Assembly (NCBI GenBank): GCA_025786725.1 | Contig: JAHLTZ010000052.1 | Location: 46,035 to 110,034 of the forward strand | Reading direction: 5' to 3' | DNA: 64,000 nt | Origin: Syncephalis fuscata S228 | Lineage: Eukaryota > Fungi > Zoopagomycota | Part shown: piece by piece, positions 13,621-28,400 of the stretch | How the letters are laid out: every line of letters begins with the position of its first letter | Position numbering within the stretch: the first letter of the stretch is position 1 | Notes under the pieces: model-generated | What the model saw: only the letters and a program-made list of their open reading frames with translations | Databases searched by the model: none | Told to the model about the DNA's origin: nothing | Translations under genes and position numbers: made by a program

Positions 13621-15689
13621 TGCTCCAAGTAACTCCAGGGCTCCGGGACGAATCCAAAAGAATTCGGGCGGCTCCACGCGGCTCCGGGAGACTTGACGCG
13701 ACTTGAGACGGCTCCAGGGACGGCTCCAGACAGTCACAGGTATATCGGCACCAGGCGGCACCAGTATACCTATAGTAATACACTGAAAGGTTATACATAT
13801 AATATAAACACACGTGGTAAGCTTATCTTGTGATATATTAATAAACCACAAGAGTCAACGCGCTTGTTAAGCGGTTGGAAAGTCGGAGCTACAATGTTGG
13901 AAGGCAGGTGTAGAAGCGGAAGAAAGGAATAAGATGGAAGAGCATCATTCAGGGCATTCAAACTAAACTTATACTATAATAATTACGACAAATGTCGTAA
14001 TAGGACATGTTTTACTTGGCTGTCCAAATACCTGTAACTTTTACGCAGTTATTTCTGATCTGAAGTAAAATTGATTGAATTAATTATAGTGTTCTGATAA
14101 AATAACATAACAATGATAAAACAAACTTATGTGCCTAAGTAGGATTAAAAAATGCTTCATTATTTATTTGCTATGTAAGTAGAGAATAACGACAGAAATA
14201 CAAGTAGAACATTTTATTCAAGAAACAGAACCGTAGGAAGAAATATATGTTTTATTGCTATATCTGGTAATAGCAGTATGTCATAATGGTAAAGGTACGT
14301 ATACGCAATTGAAAGAGTGTAGTGAGCGATATAAATCAGCCTCTGTAGCAAATACAGTTAGTAATAAACAAACGATTTTTGATAGTATGCAGTTATTTAA
14401 GCATAATATTTTTTTAATTAAACAAATGATGCTACTTTAATCTTAAAACAAACATTAAACATAAAACTAAATAAACAACAGTAATAAAATCATTACCATA
14501 ATATCATGTCGCTTTAATAAACACTCCTACACTTTATTAAATTCTTTCAGTTCAATATATAACTCTCTTTTCTCTCAGCCGTCACTGCCACTTCATTTAT
14601 TAGCTAACAAACTTAACAGGCATGCAATAACAATATCAATTGACACTTGACCGGATAAAAAACCAAATGGGTATATATTCACTCCCTCCATCTGGAAAAC
14701 CATGTCAAGTGATAGCATCAACAACAATGCATAATACTACTGTTAATACTTGTGCTGACGAAAGCAATAATTGGTATTGTAAATTGCATGCAAAATGATG
14801 ATAAATGCGATCCAGATAACTTGTCGATTTGGCACCAATATTTGAAGGACTATAACAAGATTTGTTAGTGTTGTTTAGTAGTAATAAAATATTATACATT
14901 TAGTTGGTCGTTTTTCATATGTAGTCTATAATGCACATGTGATGTGATTGTTTGTTGTTTGGCTATTGTTACTAAGTATTATACAAACATTATAAAAATT
15001 AAACTAAAAAAGTTGTTGAAAGTTGTTAATCGAGATGACAGCCGATAAAAAAACTATATGTCCACCTGGAATACTGATAGTACTACAACTCGGGCATAAG
15101 TAACATTCGTCAGAAGCACATAGCTTTCTACCAGCTGCCGTCAAGATGACGATGTTATTTAATAATGTTATAATGCAATTTAGCAATTCAAGTGCAGCAA
15201 TAAACATCACTAAACTACTGGTTCACCCAATTGTAGCTAATGTATAAAGCCAAGCACACATAGATGTTGCAGTGTATTACAACTAAACAACACATGTCAA
15301 TGCTGATGCGCTATTAAAGTTGCAAAATAACGCAGCTTTTGCTACGTTGTAAACAGCCGCAGAAATATCATATTATGCTTAGTTACACCCGAGGCAGGTT
15401 AACGCGTTTGACATCCCCGCGATGCCGAAGCACTTTAAATGATATTTGAAACTAACGCTATATCACAATCATTTAACAACACCCGCAAGTAAACAGTAGG
15501 TGATATATGGACACATCCACCCAGATGAACCACATATCTCATCAATCCAGTGTGTGATGGCAGTGTTCAGCAAGTTGAACAATACCAACACACCTCCAGC
15601 GCGCGTTACAAACAGGTGAGCACTAACATATGGCCACCCATCACAGGTCGCCGCATCCATATGAGGGAAACACACAGCAATAACTGACT

Positions 15690-15850
15690 TGCTAAATACT
15701 GTTGCTGCGCGCTCTAGCCTTTACAGGAGGGAGCATAGAGCAGTATTAAGTTAATACTATGCGCCCTAGCGTCCCCCATGAGAGAGCGTGCAGCAATACC
15801 GACTTATGTCCTATCACTGCACGCTCCAGCATCCCACATATCTCCGCACT
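15690..15850 (+). repeat. Degenerate ~60-bp tandem repeat
   Basis: tgcgcgctctagcc / tgcgccctagcgtccccc / tgcacgctccagcatcccac at about 55-60 bp spacing. Confidence 0.4.
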
Positions 15851-17058
15851 ACACTAGTATACAGCCGCCTATTACGGGCAGCCATATAATTGTTGAGCCA
15901 GTATAATACAGCAGTCTGCAAATACTGTATTGCACATTCAACACAGCTCAAAAGCAAGAACACAGTATATCGTGATCAACCAACAAGGGGACCCCACGCC
16001 ACTGGATGTAACTACTAGATTTAATGCTAACCATTAACAAACGGTTTACAGCACATTAACAACTAGAAACAGGAGAAGGCGAAGTAATGAGCAAAAGTAA
16101 TCTCAACACAACCTTATAAAATTGCCCCAAAACATATCTACCAATTAGAATGGACAATATTGGTAAATAGTATGTGGCAACTGTTCATTGGCGTATTGCA
16201 ACCGACTGAAACCTTCTAATGCCAGATACCATCTTATCAGTAAATTGGATTATAATCCCTTCCTTATTTCCATATTTGCTCACTTTTTGCCTTCCATTTG
16301 CCGGTCATTTCCGCGCATAATCAGCATATCTACACTGGCTAGTTGAATCAATTGGCCAATGCAACCGAAACATAGCCAAATGCAACCATTCTTAATCAGT
16401 TGTACCACTATAATAGCGGCTCTTTCCGATGCTATCAATATTTTCAGGGTCTAGCGGGTATTTTTACTTTCCCCCAAGTATTCTTGCCATTCGCACACAA
16501 TTAAATCAGTCGATCCACACAATTTATTACTGTATTAGTTAAATAAAAATGACTACTTTTCTTTAGAAATATGGTCTATAGCATAATTCACCGATTGAGT
16601 TTCAATGCTACTAAATAGAAATAAAATACACGTTGTTCATATTACATTACAAAGTCCGTTAAAGCTATGAAGTAAAAACAGGAATAAACACGTAACCATA
16701 TCGACTGCAAAGGCCAACATGAAAACCAGTATGATGTGGCACATGCATGCTTAGCCAAGTGACTATATAAAATACTGATGTGTGCAATAGTTTGCTATAC
16801 AGCTTAGGACTGAGCTATAGCATCAGTAAGCAGAACATACTACAGCAAATGCAGCGCTAGACTATTTGTACAATAAAATATTATTGCTTTACTACCCTCA
16901 ATACTGACTGATATTATAATATTGTGTGTCTTTAAATTTATGAATAACACAACGTATTGAATCTTTCGCTTTATCTTTTGCTACCACTTTACTTCAGTGC
17001 TCTTTTTTTACGTTAAAACTAGTCATTCATACCACTTGTATTTGATATTTGTACCATC

Positions 17059-19463
17059 ATGAACTCTTCAAATACTGAGCAATCCTCTATTTCGCTTTCA
17101 AATGCTAGTATTTACACGCCGCTTTCCACTCCTCGTGTCGTAGCAGTAGCTTCTGCTGGACACTCTTCGGGTCTTTTACAAAATGAAGACCTTATGTATA
17201 CAAATGTTCCAAACTGCTGGAATGCTTTGTCTGCAGAAAAGCGCGCTAGCGCTGTTGCATGGATTCAAGTATGCGACTTGACATCCAAAGGTATGTTATG
17301 CTAGTACTGAGTATCTGTATAGCTAAGTACTGGATTTTTAGAATTTGTTTTGGCCGCCGATAAACAATTCTACGCTGGACCTGGTATCTGCTGGTAACTA
17401 TTTAAAAAAATGTACATAACGGTAAATTAACAGTATATTGTACTTCAAATAGCGACTATCAACTAGATGCTGAATTCCAGCCTCAGTTTTGTTTTCAAGT
17501 ATCAGTAGTAAGTACACCATATATTTTAGCAAACCAATATTAATTATTAATAGGCACAGCACAATGATACCATTACAATTGCAGTAAGTAAATGGTTATT
17601 TAACAGCTTTATTACTAATCAGATATTCAGAACTGCGGTTTACCAATAGTAGTGGGTTAGTTTGAATAGTAATGTTAATTAAATTGCTAACATTTGGTTT
17701 AGTAAACGACGCTGAAGTTCGTATGGACCAAGCAAAAACAGCCATTGGTAATTGTGTCATTACAATACCTGGCTGTACGAGTAAGTAGTAACTATTTTTA
17801 TTATAATCATTATTAACCATGTAAAACAGCTGTGTTTAATATACATATTGTTAAACGCACTCCCCCTGCCCAACTAAATGACAACTCAGTATTAAAACAA
17901 GTAAGTTTATAATATATTTAAATATCATTAGCATATAACTTATATTATGCTGTAGAGAATCGACATGAAATACTTGATCATGGAAGAAATCCTTGGCAAG
18001 TAAGTACTTAAATTAAACAAATAGTTAGATAACTAATATATTATTTGTAACAGGGGCGGGTATGGTACAGTGTACCTGGGAAGAGACCGAGCGACGCGTG
18101 AGCGCGTTGCAATCAAGGTCTCGCCGGCTGATGAAGATACCAGCAGCTTCGACAATGAAGTTGAAGCTTTGGAGTGGGTGGGCAGCCACTCTCGAATCAT
18201 AAAGCTGCTGGATTCTGAGGTCACTCCCGTCAACACGTATTTAATTCTTCAATACGTGGCGGGCGGTGACCTAAGTCACTACCTGAAGCATCATGCTTCA
18301 CTTCCAGAGATGGAAATAAAACATATCTTCAAACAGTTGCTTGAAGGGATTCAAGTAAGTATTATTACAAAATATCAATTAAAACACTAACACTTTATTA
18401 GTTCCTTCACAGCAAAGATGTAATCCACCGTGGTAAGTACACTGATCTATTTATTAGCACAATTGCTAACTACTATTATTACTGTTATTACTATTACTAT
18501 TTAGACATAAAAGTAAGTAATTATTTGATATACATGACCATTATTAACATTTGAATAGCCTAGCAATATATTGCTGCTAGGTGGTTGCGAAGGTCCCAAT
18601 GTTCTTTATGCAGACTTTGGGATTGCGCACATCCTGCGCTCGTCGACAACTGTCGACACGTTTGGCGGCACCACTCCCTATATGGCACCAGAGGTGCTGT
18701 TTGGGACAAACAAGCGCGAGTCTTTGCTTGATATCATCAACGAAGACTCGCGTCTTAAAAACCAATTAACACCAGCACTGCTGGATGTTAGTGGCTGTGG
18801 GAAGGCCGCGGACATGTGGAGCCTGGGCGCGGTGCTCTACAAGATGTTCTTCAGTAAGTACAAATAAAAGCAAAATACTATACTAACTATTACATACTGC
18901 CATTTAGAAACGTGTCCTTACGGCGACGGTGGTGATGTGGAACAGTATATGAAAAATATACTGCAAGCTTCGGTCCCGTTTGGCCAGGAACAAACAAATG
19001 GGCCAAGTAAAAAAGGTAAGCTTACTATGTCTTTATTAACAGTAACTAATATTCCGCAGCCGTTGACCTGATGCAGCAGTTGCTAAATATCAACAGCGAC
19101 AAGCGGCCTACGGCCGAGCAGGCACTGGCCTGCCCTTGGCTTACTGGTGAAGACTTGACACCAGAAGCCGCAGAAGAGCCAGTAGCAACAACATCAGCAA
19201 CTGCTACACCTATAGTAGTTGCACCAATAGTAGCAACAATACCACCAGCAACAGCAACAGCAACGGCACCATCACCATCACCACCAATAACAACAACAAC
19301 ACAAGCAGCATCTGGGCCAACAACAAAGAAGCAGCGGCTAGCGCCTAAGCTTTTACAGCGACGCCGCCTAAAACGCCGATGCTACTCAAAATACAAATCA
19401 CAAGGTGCTGCCAAACGGTCGATTCCCCTCCGAAAATGCCGCCTCAATAAAGGTGCATATTAG
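17059..19463 (+). CDS. Ser/Thr protein kinase (CAMK-like) with putative degenerate N-terminal FHA domain (Chk2/Dun1/Mek1-like architecture); many small exons
   Basis: ILGKGGYGTVY, VAIK, VIHRDIKPSN (spliced), ADFGIA, GTTPYMAPE, ADMWSLG, DKRPTAEQALACPW; Thr/Pro/Ala-rich and basic tail. The FHA call is a weak resemblance only. Confidence 0.88.
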
Positions 19464-19639
19464 TTAAAAGGTAAGAACTCATTAACAGTCAAGCAAATCA
19501 TAATGCTAACTATCTAATATACTTAGTTGCTTTACATCATCTATTCATTACCTGTATGTTACCAATAAATATTGTAAATATTTTATTTAGTATATAAATC
19601 ATCGTTTCATTTTTATAATGCAATAAAATTGATATGTTT

Positions 19640-19900
19640 TAATGATTTTGGTGTCAAATGACTTTATTCTTTTAATACATTCGCTGTTATACTGACAACA
19701 TGTTCTATGATGATGAGTGTTTTTTGGGTGTAAATGACTTTTATTATATTTAATTAATCTTTTAATATACTGAGTATATGTTCTATAATAATGAGTAGTT
19801 TTGGTGGTAAAATGACTTTTATTCTCAATGCATTTATTCATTTACTATTAATCTGTTCTATGATGTACCGACATGTTGGGTAGATTGACTTTTATTATTT
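19640..19900 (+). repeat. ~77-bp tandem repeat, 3-4 degenerate copies
   Basis: ttttgg(t/g)(g/t)..aaatgactttt?att...atgttctat(g/a)at(g/a)atgagt recurs near 19645, 19722, 19799 and 19877. Confidence 0.7.
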
Positions 19901-21545
19901 ACACTCCATTTATCAATGAATTAAACTCGGCTGTTTATAAATATTGACTGACAGGCTCACAGCTCACAATCTACGTCATCACATTTCCCTTTCTCTTTCT
20001 TTACATTTGACAACATATATCCATTGCATATACTTGTACACTCCATATATGCTAACTAGATAGTGTTAGTAGTTGCCTGACTACTAGTCAAATACAAACA
20101 CCTTCTACGCTATGTACTTGCATTACTCTTTTGTAATCTGACTCTTTTTTGCAAAACAGCTTTTTCACTTTGGTCATTAACGTTGACACCTTTATTAACT
20201 TGGTAAAGCACATTTTTAACTTGTTTTTATGTTGTGTTGTTAAGCATATACTTTGTTTTTGCTATAGAATATTATTGCAGATCATTTGGCAATAGCATGT
20301 GCAATCTCAACTGTGGTAGCGCGATCTGCTACTACAGAGACTCTACAATATGTTGTTAACATGATCTACAGTAACAATCTATAGCAAACTAAAGAATACA
20401 ATGATCTTGGCTGCATATAGGCTGCATGTTGTACCAAAGGTTATAACATTGTAAACTGCATGCTTACTAAAATTAATAACTGCCAAAAAAACTTTAGACG
20501 GCATATAGGCCATATGCTAGTATATTTATTAAGATATATATAATATAATGAACAGTGAGTAGTGCTAGATTGATAACTATTATGATTTGTTGCTACTATA
20601 CTATGATTGCATTTTACTTTGCTCCCACATCTGTCCCCAAAGCACAATTCGTTCCAATCGAAGTTATGCCATTATTATGTACAATATAGTTATATCGATT
20701 TCTATTAAAATATTGTTAATAAATTGATTTAAATAAACAATGTAACATGCTAGTTGATTTTTTTTGAACATTTGAGGTTAATTATTATTGTTGTTGGCCA
20801 TGTATAAAAAAATTGATCAAATATTAATAGAAGCCATATGATCGCGATTCCATGTCGTTACTCATTACTTCTGTTGTTTGTTTGTCATACTGCGCATCAA
20901 ACTGTTATATGATCTATTTCTTTTCTATCTTGTTTCTGTTTACTTGAACCACATTTGCATATTGTAACAATTATATTTAATAATCGCAATTATTTTATTC
21001 TTTTTATACTTGTGAACCATTTTCAACAAAAATATTTAACAATTCAGTGTAAAAAGCCTTTTATTTTATTGAATGTTATTTCAACTTCAACTATTACCGT
21101 AATGTGCATATTTAATTACATTATTGTATTAATAATTACACATGAATTGATTAATGTTGGATGCAATATTATACATGCTATAGTAATGAGTGAATGTTTA
21201 ATGGTATTTAAAAGTGTTGAAGTGTGGAATGGATAAATAAAAATGTGAGTCAAAGTACAGTAGCTTCCTCCAATTAATGGATCAATAAATGATATTGATA
21301 ATAATGTTAATCCATGTTATTGCTGCTATAGTAGAGTATTCAAGATATTATATTTGGGCAACTGGTGTCGCTTATTACTCAGCTTTATATTTACTAAAAA
21401 TAATGTTAGTTCAATTATGCAAATAAATCAAATGTAATCTTTTGATTCCCAAATCATATTAAAATCAATAAAATTTATTATTTAAAGGTAGTCGTAATAA
21501 AAGTGACGTTTTGCTTAATACAGCTACTTTTACTTGACTTTTAAC

Positions 21546-24500
21546 ATGTCGCTACTTCGACTGCCATTCCAACGAGAGATCTTTACTGAATTGCTAAATG
21601 AAGACGGACTATTAGTACTAGCTAAAGGTCTAGGCGTTCTACCTATTCTTGTTACTTTATTACAATTGCCAGTAGAGCGAAAAACACTTGTACTGTTACT
21701 GAATGTATCCAGCGTTGAAGAACAAGAACTGCAACTAGCACTGGCCGAGTTAACTGGCGGTCAGACGACGATTAAAGTATTAAAGAATGACACGATGGCA
21801 GAGGATCGGTAAGTAGACGCGCCACAGTTATAGCTAGCTAGTATAGCGAGTACTAACACTATACAATAGTGTAGCCGCCTATAATCAAGGTGGTCTACTT
21901 TCAGTTACTTCACGTATTCTAGTCGTTGACATGCTTAAGAAGCGTGTGCCTATTACACTGATTACTGGTGTTATTGTGGTGAATGCTCACAAGTAAGTAG
22001 TATAGTTGGCATTCATTGATGTTAATGTGTTTAGAGTGACCGGTCATTCATTAGAAGCATTTATTCTGCGACTTTATAGAAATGAAAATACGGTAATTTA
22101 TAGTATAGTAGTGCCAATGTATACTGTGTATTGACTATTAATTAGAATGGCTTTTTAAAAGCACTAAGTGAAGTGCCTGAAGGATTTAGTGGAGGATTTG
22201 CACCATTAGAGAGCTCACTTAAAGCACTGCAATTACGTAAAACCCTGTTATGGCCACGGTAAACTAAATTATTAGTTGTATTGTTGTTATTAAGTATGTT
22301 TAATAGATTCCATGTTGATGTAAAAGCATCATTGGATACATCAGCCAAAGTCATTGAATTACGACAGCCTATGACAGAGCGTATGAAACAGATACAAAGT
22401 GCTATTATTGATTGTTTAGATGCCTGTCTTGGTGAATTAAGACGAGCACATATTGCGGTAATTATAGATTAAAATTATATTATATATATATTTATTATAT
22501 GTATGTATATCTATATGTATATGTATGTGTATATAGTTGGATGTAGAACAATTGACGGTAGAGAATGCACTGTTAAAGTCGTTTGATGTTATAATCCGCC
22601 GACAATTAGATCCATTGTGGCATCAAGTAAGCCAAAAGACAAAGCGACTTGTTTATGATATGCAAATACTACGCCAACTTTTAATGTAAATTGAATTTTA
22701 TAATAATCGTATTTGTACTCACAGAATATGATGACTATTGGATAATAGATATCTTATTAGTTATGACTGTGTAGCCTTTAATGCTTATCTGGATACATTA
22801 CTGGCTAGTCAACAACCAGTAAGTGCAGGGGCATTCCCACAACCACCTTCACCGTGGATGATGATGGATGCGGCGAGTGTACTATTCAATGTAAGTAGTT
22901 ATTATAGTAATTCGATTGAATTACATTACAGCTATTTATTATTCATTATAGGCATCTCGTGAACGTGTTTATCGACATCAAGATGGTGCACTGTCTATCA
23001 CACGTCGATTAGCGGCCATTTCAGATACTGAACCAATACCAACTGGTATCGATCTTGTTTTAGAAGAACAGCCCAAATGGGCACTACTACGTAATACATT
23101 AATGGAAATATATGAGACAGCTGAATATAAAGGTTTGTATTAGCGTAGTTGAATTGAATAGCGGAGTAATCGTATTTCAATAGGACCTATTCTTGTTATG
23201 GTACAGGATGCTAGAACGGCACAACAACTAGAAACGTACTGGGTACGACAGAAAGCGGCGAGTGTAAAGACAGCAGCACAGGACATGTTATACACTGCAG
23301 CCGTAGGTTATTTTCGTTGGAAGCAACAACTATCTAAAAAGCTATCTTCTACAACAAATGGTGCAGCTACTACGCTACAATCCCATGCTGATGGTAACAA
23401 TTAATATACAATTAATATATACTTATTAATACTTTGGTTTATTAGTACGTAATCTAAATAGGCCTGGGTACAAGCGACAGGCACAACAACCAGCCAATAA
23501 AAGAAGACGGGTTCGTGGCGGAGGGAACAGTACGGGTCGTTCATCTATAGCATCGCCTTTAAGTAGTGGTACTGCCCCTATGGGAACAACATCTAGTGCT
23601 ACAAGATCTGATGAATTAGCTATTGATGATATGCCATCGGTGAATCTAGCATCAATGACCGATACAGCGTTATCCTTACATGACACTGTAGAGGATATGA
23701 ATACAATGACTAGCGATGTAATATCTACTAATACTGCATTGACACCATCAGATGTACTCGATGATACAGTAACATTAACTGATGATGATCACTTGTTAGT
23801 AATTAGACCTGTGACGGGTAGTGCTGATGCTCAATTACTAAAAGATTTACAACCTAGACATATTATCTTGTATGATCCTATTCCTGTACTTGTCCGACAG
23901 GTAGAGGTAAGTTTACTGGCATTGTTTAATACCCCTGAATAACATCTAGCAGATCTATCAAGCGCTTTATCCAGAGAAAGCAGCTAGTGTGTATTTTATG
24001 CTGTATGAAAACTCGGTTGAAGAACAGCGCTATCTTAGTGATATTCGACGAGAAAAACTTGCATTTGAAAAACTAATTCATGAGAATTCGGTACAGTAGT
24101 CATATAGAACTAGTATTAAAGTACCTTTATTGATGGTTATTTGTGTATAGGTTATGGCTCTACCATGCCTACTAAAAAGAAGACCACTGCATCTGAGGAA
24201 GAGATGTTTATTAAAGTGCTTAATTCACGACAAGGTGGCAATAATAGACGAGTAGTGGCATCAGAAGTGGCACCACAAGTAAGTTGTCCTTAATACCATT
24301 ATTATTTTATTAGTAATCAGTATAATTATTAACTATATATATATATGTTGTCATTATAGGTCGTAGTGGATATGCGTGAATTTAGAAGTACATTGCCACC
24401 TATTCTACATGAACAAGGATTGGATATTATACCGTGTACATTAATTGTTGGTGATTACGTATTATCACCAGATATTTGTGTGGAGCGTAAAAGTATTGCT

Positions 24501-24561
24501 GATTTAATTAGTTCATTTCAATCAGGTCGTTTGTGAGTAGAATGTTAATAGTAATGATGAC

Positions 24562-24597
<36 letters not shown>

Positions 24598-25301
24598 TAA
24601 TCTAGATATACTCAAGTTGATGCTATGTGCACTTATTATGAGACACCCGTGTTACTTATAGAATTTGATGAACAGAAAACATTTCTTTACAGGTAATTAA
24701 CTATAGTGTATATATATATATATGTGTGTGTATAGTGTTTCTTTTTTAACTTTATGTATTAGGCAATTCAAGATATTGGTTCAGATATTTCTATTCAAGA
24801 TATCACATCAAAGTTGGCCCTCTTATCTATTACTTTTCCTAAATTACGTACTATTTGGTCGTCTAGTACTTATGCCACAGCCGATATATTTGCTGATCTA
24901 AAAGTAAGTGTTATAACCATTGTTCATTTACTATATAGTAATGGCCGTAATGGATATGGTAATTATTAGAAAAATCATCTTGAACCGAATGCCGATGAAG
25001 CAGCAATGATGGAGCGAGTGATCGAGAAGATGCACAAATCTATATGAACTTAACCTGTCAAGTAAGCTATACTGTGGATCGATAATCAATTATTACAATT
25101 AGTATTAATAATAGAGTCGATGGATGATAGGAATTGCTACAAAGCTTACCCGGTGTTACATCGGCCAATTATCGATTACTAGCCCGTAAAGTGGGTAATT
25201 TGAAGGAACTAGCCACACTATCACAAGAAGCCATAGCCGATATTATTGGCGAGAATGGTGCACGTCAATTATATAGATTTATACATAGTGATTCATCCTA
25301 A
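21546..25301 (+). CDS. ERCC4: XPF/Rad1/Rad16 structure-specific endonuclease, multi-exon
   Basis: [66 protein letters not shown] (ERKxxxD nuclease motif), C-terminal HhH LPGVTS. Confidence 0.95.
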
Positions 25302-25472
25302 GTAAATAATATTTGTAATCCATTGGATCAATTGAAATAGAACAGCTTTATAAGACCATTTTTATTCACATTGATAACTATTATTAAATATAATGTGGTT
25401 ATCATGATAGTTGTAACACACTAAACAGAAACAAACGTGTAGTGCTTAAAACATATACTATAATTATATTAG

Positions 25473-28400
25473 TTATGCCTCCTCTTCCTCTTCCTCTTCC
25501 TCTTCTTCATCTGAAGCAGGTATATCTTCACCTAGTTCTCGTAGGCGTATTTTCATCGTTTTAATCTTTTCATCTTGATCAGCTAGAAAGACGAGTAAAT
25601 CCTCTTGTTCCTTTTCTAAATCCTTGAATTTCTGTTCATTTTCCGTCTTTTGTTCCAACAGTTGTGCATTATCCAATTGTAACTGCTTCAACTGTTCTTG
25701 TAACTGTTTTGTTTCATCAGAAGTATCGGCAACCATTGTCGTAGCCTGAATGCCAGCAATCTTATTAAGTAATTAATGATAAAATAGTTAAATAGCACTA
25801 AAATTACCTGTTGTTGTTCATGTTGTTCCTTTTGCGTAATTAATTGCAGTTCCAATTCTTTAATACGCTGTTTTAATGTAACAATATCACCGCGTTGTTC
25901 ATCAATCGTTGTATTCAATTGACCTAAAAGGGCAATCGTTTCTTTACTATCACCGCCTTGTTGTTGTTGTTGTTGATTCTCTAATTGGTTAGGTTATATT
26001 AATGGTCATTATTCAATAGTATATATATTTCTATACGTACTATTTCTAGATGATCGTGGTGCGGATGGATCACTGGTTACTGAATGTAGAATAACATCTA
26101 TGTACAGTCATTATATTAGACTATGCTTATTCATACCATAAATAGTATTGCATACCATAATTGCCTCTGAAAAAGTGAACAAAAGCTGGATCTAGTAGAA
26201 TATCCTCACGTGGATTATCATGTTCCGTAATGGCCGGTATCTTGTAGAGTAAAGCATCCATATTAATAATACGCTATAATATACATGTATCTATCTAATA
26301 CATACCCATAATGTTCTAGGGGTTTCTTGGAACCTGCTCGTTTCTCTAAATCGAGTAATTCGACTGATAAATAGATCAAGACCAATACGACCAATTACAA
26401 TTGAATGTATATTTTGTCTATTCAACAGAATAAATATCCATAACTAATTTATATACAATTACCAGTAATTACCGTGGAAATGGTGATTGAGCATCATCGT
26501 CATACTCATAAATAATACCCAAAAGATACGCGGCCATTCCTTGAATGATTTCATTCATGCCAGTAGATTGGCTAATCCATTCAATCAACTATATTATATT
26601 ATTGCTTTTATTAATCTATCGTGTATTGATACTTGTAGAATAATTACCGATTGTAAATGTACACCTTCACTTAGGAATTGTGTTACGCTGGCTGGATGTT
26701 CATATAACCAAGTACATAATAGTGCCATAAGTGAGACAGGAATACGTAGATCGAGTCCATCTTGAATTGACATAATAACTGAATGCATAACAGAGTGCAT
26801 AAATGGTACTGGTTCTTCGCCTAATTCGATACAATATAATTAACAGTTTATCTTAACCGGCTATTATTAGTTATAATCGACAAACCTTGTTCTGTATCGC
26901 CTGAAGTCAAATTTAGAGCTGCTTGTTTTGCCCCATCATTGCTATCCAGTACACGGGACCAAATTAGTGCAGAGAACCATGCTACATATGGATCATTCTG
27001 TGACTTTTCCCAATCTGCTACTCCCATTACCAATATGTTGCCCACTGGATCTATAAATTATAATAAATACTCTATAAATAACTGTACACTAATAGATCGA
27101 TGGATATTTACCCTTTGGTGATCCAGGTGCTGGAATAAGCACATCACCCACTGCTTTCTGGCCCTCTTCATTCCTATTTAGATAGCACTATAATACATAT
27201 ATGATTAACTAGGAATCAATAGCTGGATAGTAAACCTACTTCAAATGCATAGGCAGCTGCCAATCGTGTACGGCAATCAACAAGTCCGGTCTGTCCAATG
27301 GCCGCAATAGCAAACATTTGGGCACCATAAGTAAGTGTATTGGTGGCATCACCACAAATCAATTTACAAAATGTTTCTCGATTCTGATCATTACCACGAA
27401 TGACATCACCAAGGGTGTAAAATGCCTTAATACGTTGTATATTGTAATTAATAATGATTTATTATAGTAACGTCTATTAAACATACCTCTGCACGTACAA
27501 GATCGGGTAAATCTTTAGCAAATGCCAATTGAGTAATGGACATTAAAACACCACATTGATGCATCATTTTCTAAATAAAATTAGATATTAATAATAGTGT
27601 AATATGAACTTACTTGATTTGTATTAACATTGGCGTTATTGCTATTAACAAGGATGCGTAACAGTGCAATAGCCATACTAATATTGATAGCCATTTGATT
27701 ATCCCAAGCCTCGGCTGGCATATTAGTGGGTATTTTCAACAACGAAGCGGCCTTTTGAATACCGCCCGTCTCTCGAAAATAATTCTATTAAGTAAATAAC
27801 AATGCAGATCAGTACTTTATATACACTACTCTAGTATAATAACTAACGCACTTGGTTGGATACATTATACCGTAACAAGTTGTGAACTAGTTGAAGACAA
27901 TCCTGTACAACAATACCACCTTGAATGCCACCCTCTTGCATGACAATGGCCAATAAACGATCAAATGCATTCTCAAATACAACAATTTTTTGAATATCGG
28001 CATTTACTTCTGTAAGAGCAATTAACAGTAAAAGTGCCTCTAAAACAGGTGGTGTTTAGTTAGTCAGTTATCTATTTATAGAATACTGTAGGCTAATTAC
28101 CATTGCGAATAACCTCTCGGTGTTCACCAAGCATATCCATTAAACGGGAAATGCCCATGGCTGAAGCGAGTACACATTCTTGAAGGCGTTCAGCTCGATT
28201 ATGCAATAGTGTGTTCAATAGTTGTAAAGATGTATAGCGCACATAAAAGTCGTTGTCTTGTAGTGCATCCAATACAGCGCCTATACTTGATATATCCTAT
28301 TTAATAAATGAGATTAGATCTATACAATATATTCGATAGGCGTAATCGTAATCATACCTTTACAATTTCATCGGTAAATGATATTGATAGATCTGGTGGA

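Noticed and set aside
24563-24597. (AAT)n microsatellite in an XPF intron
   Set aside because: Ordinary simple repeat
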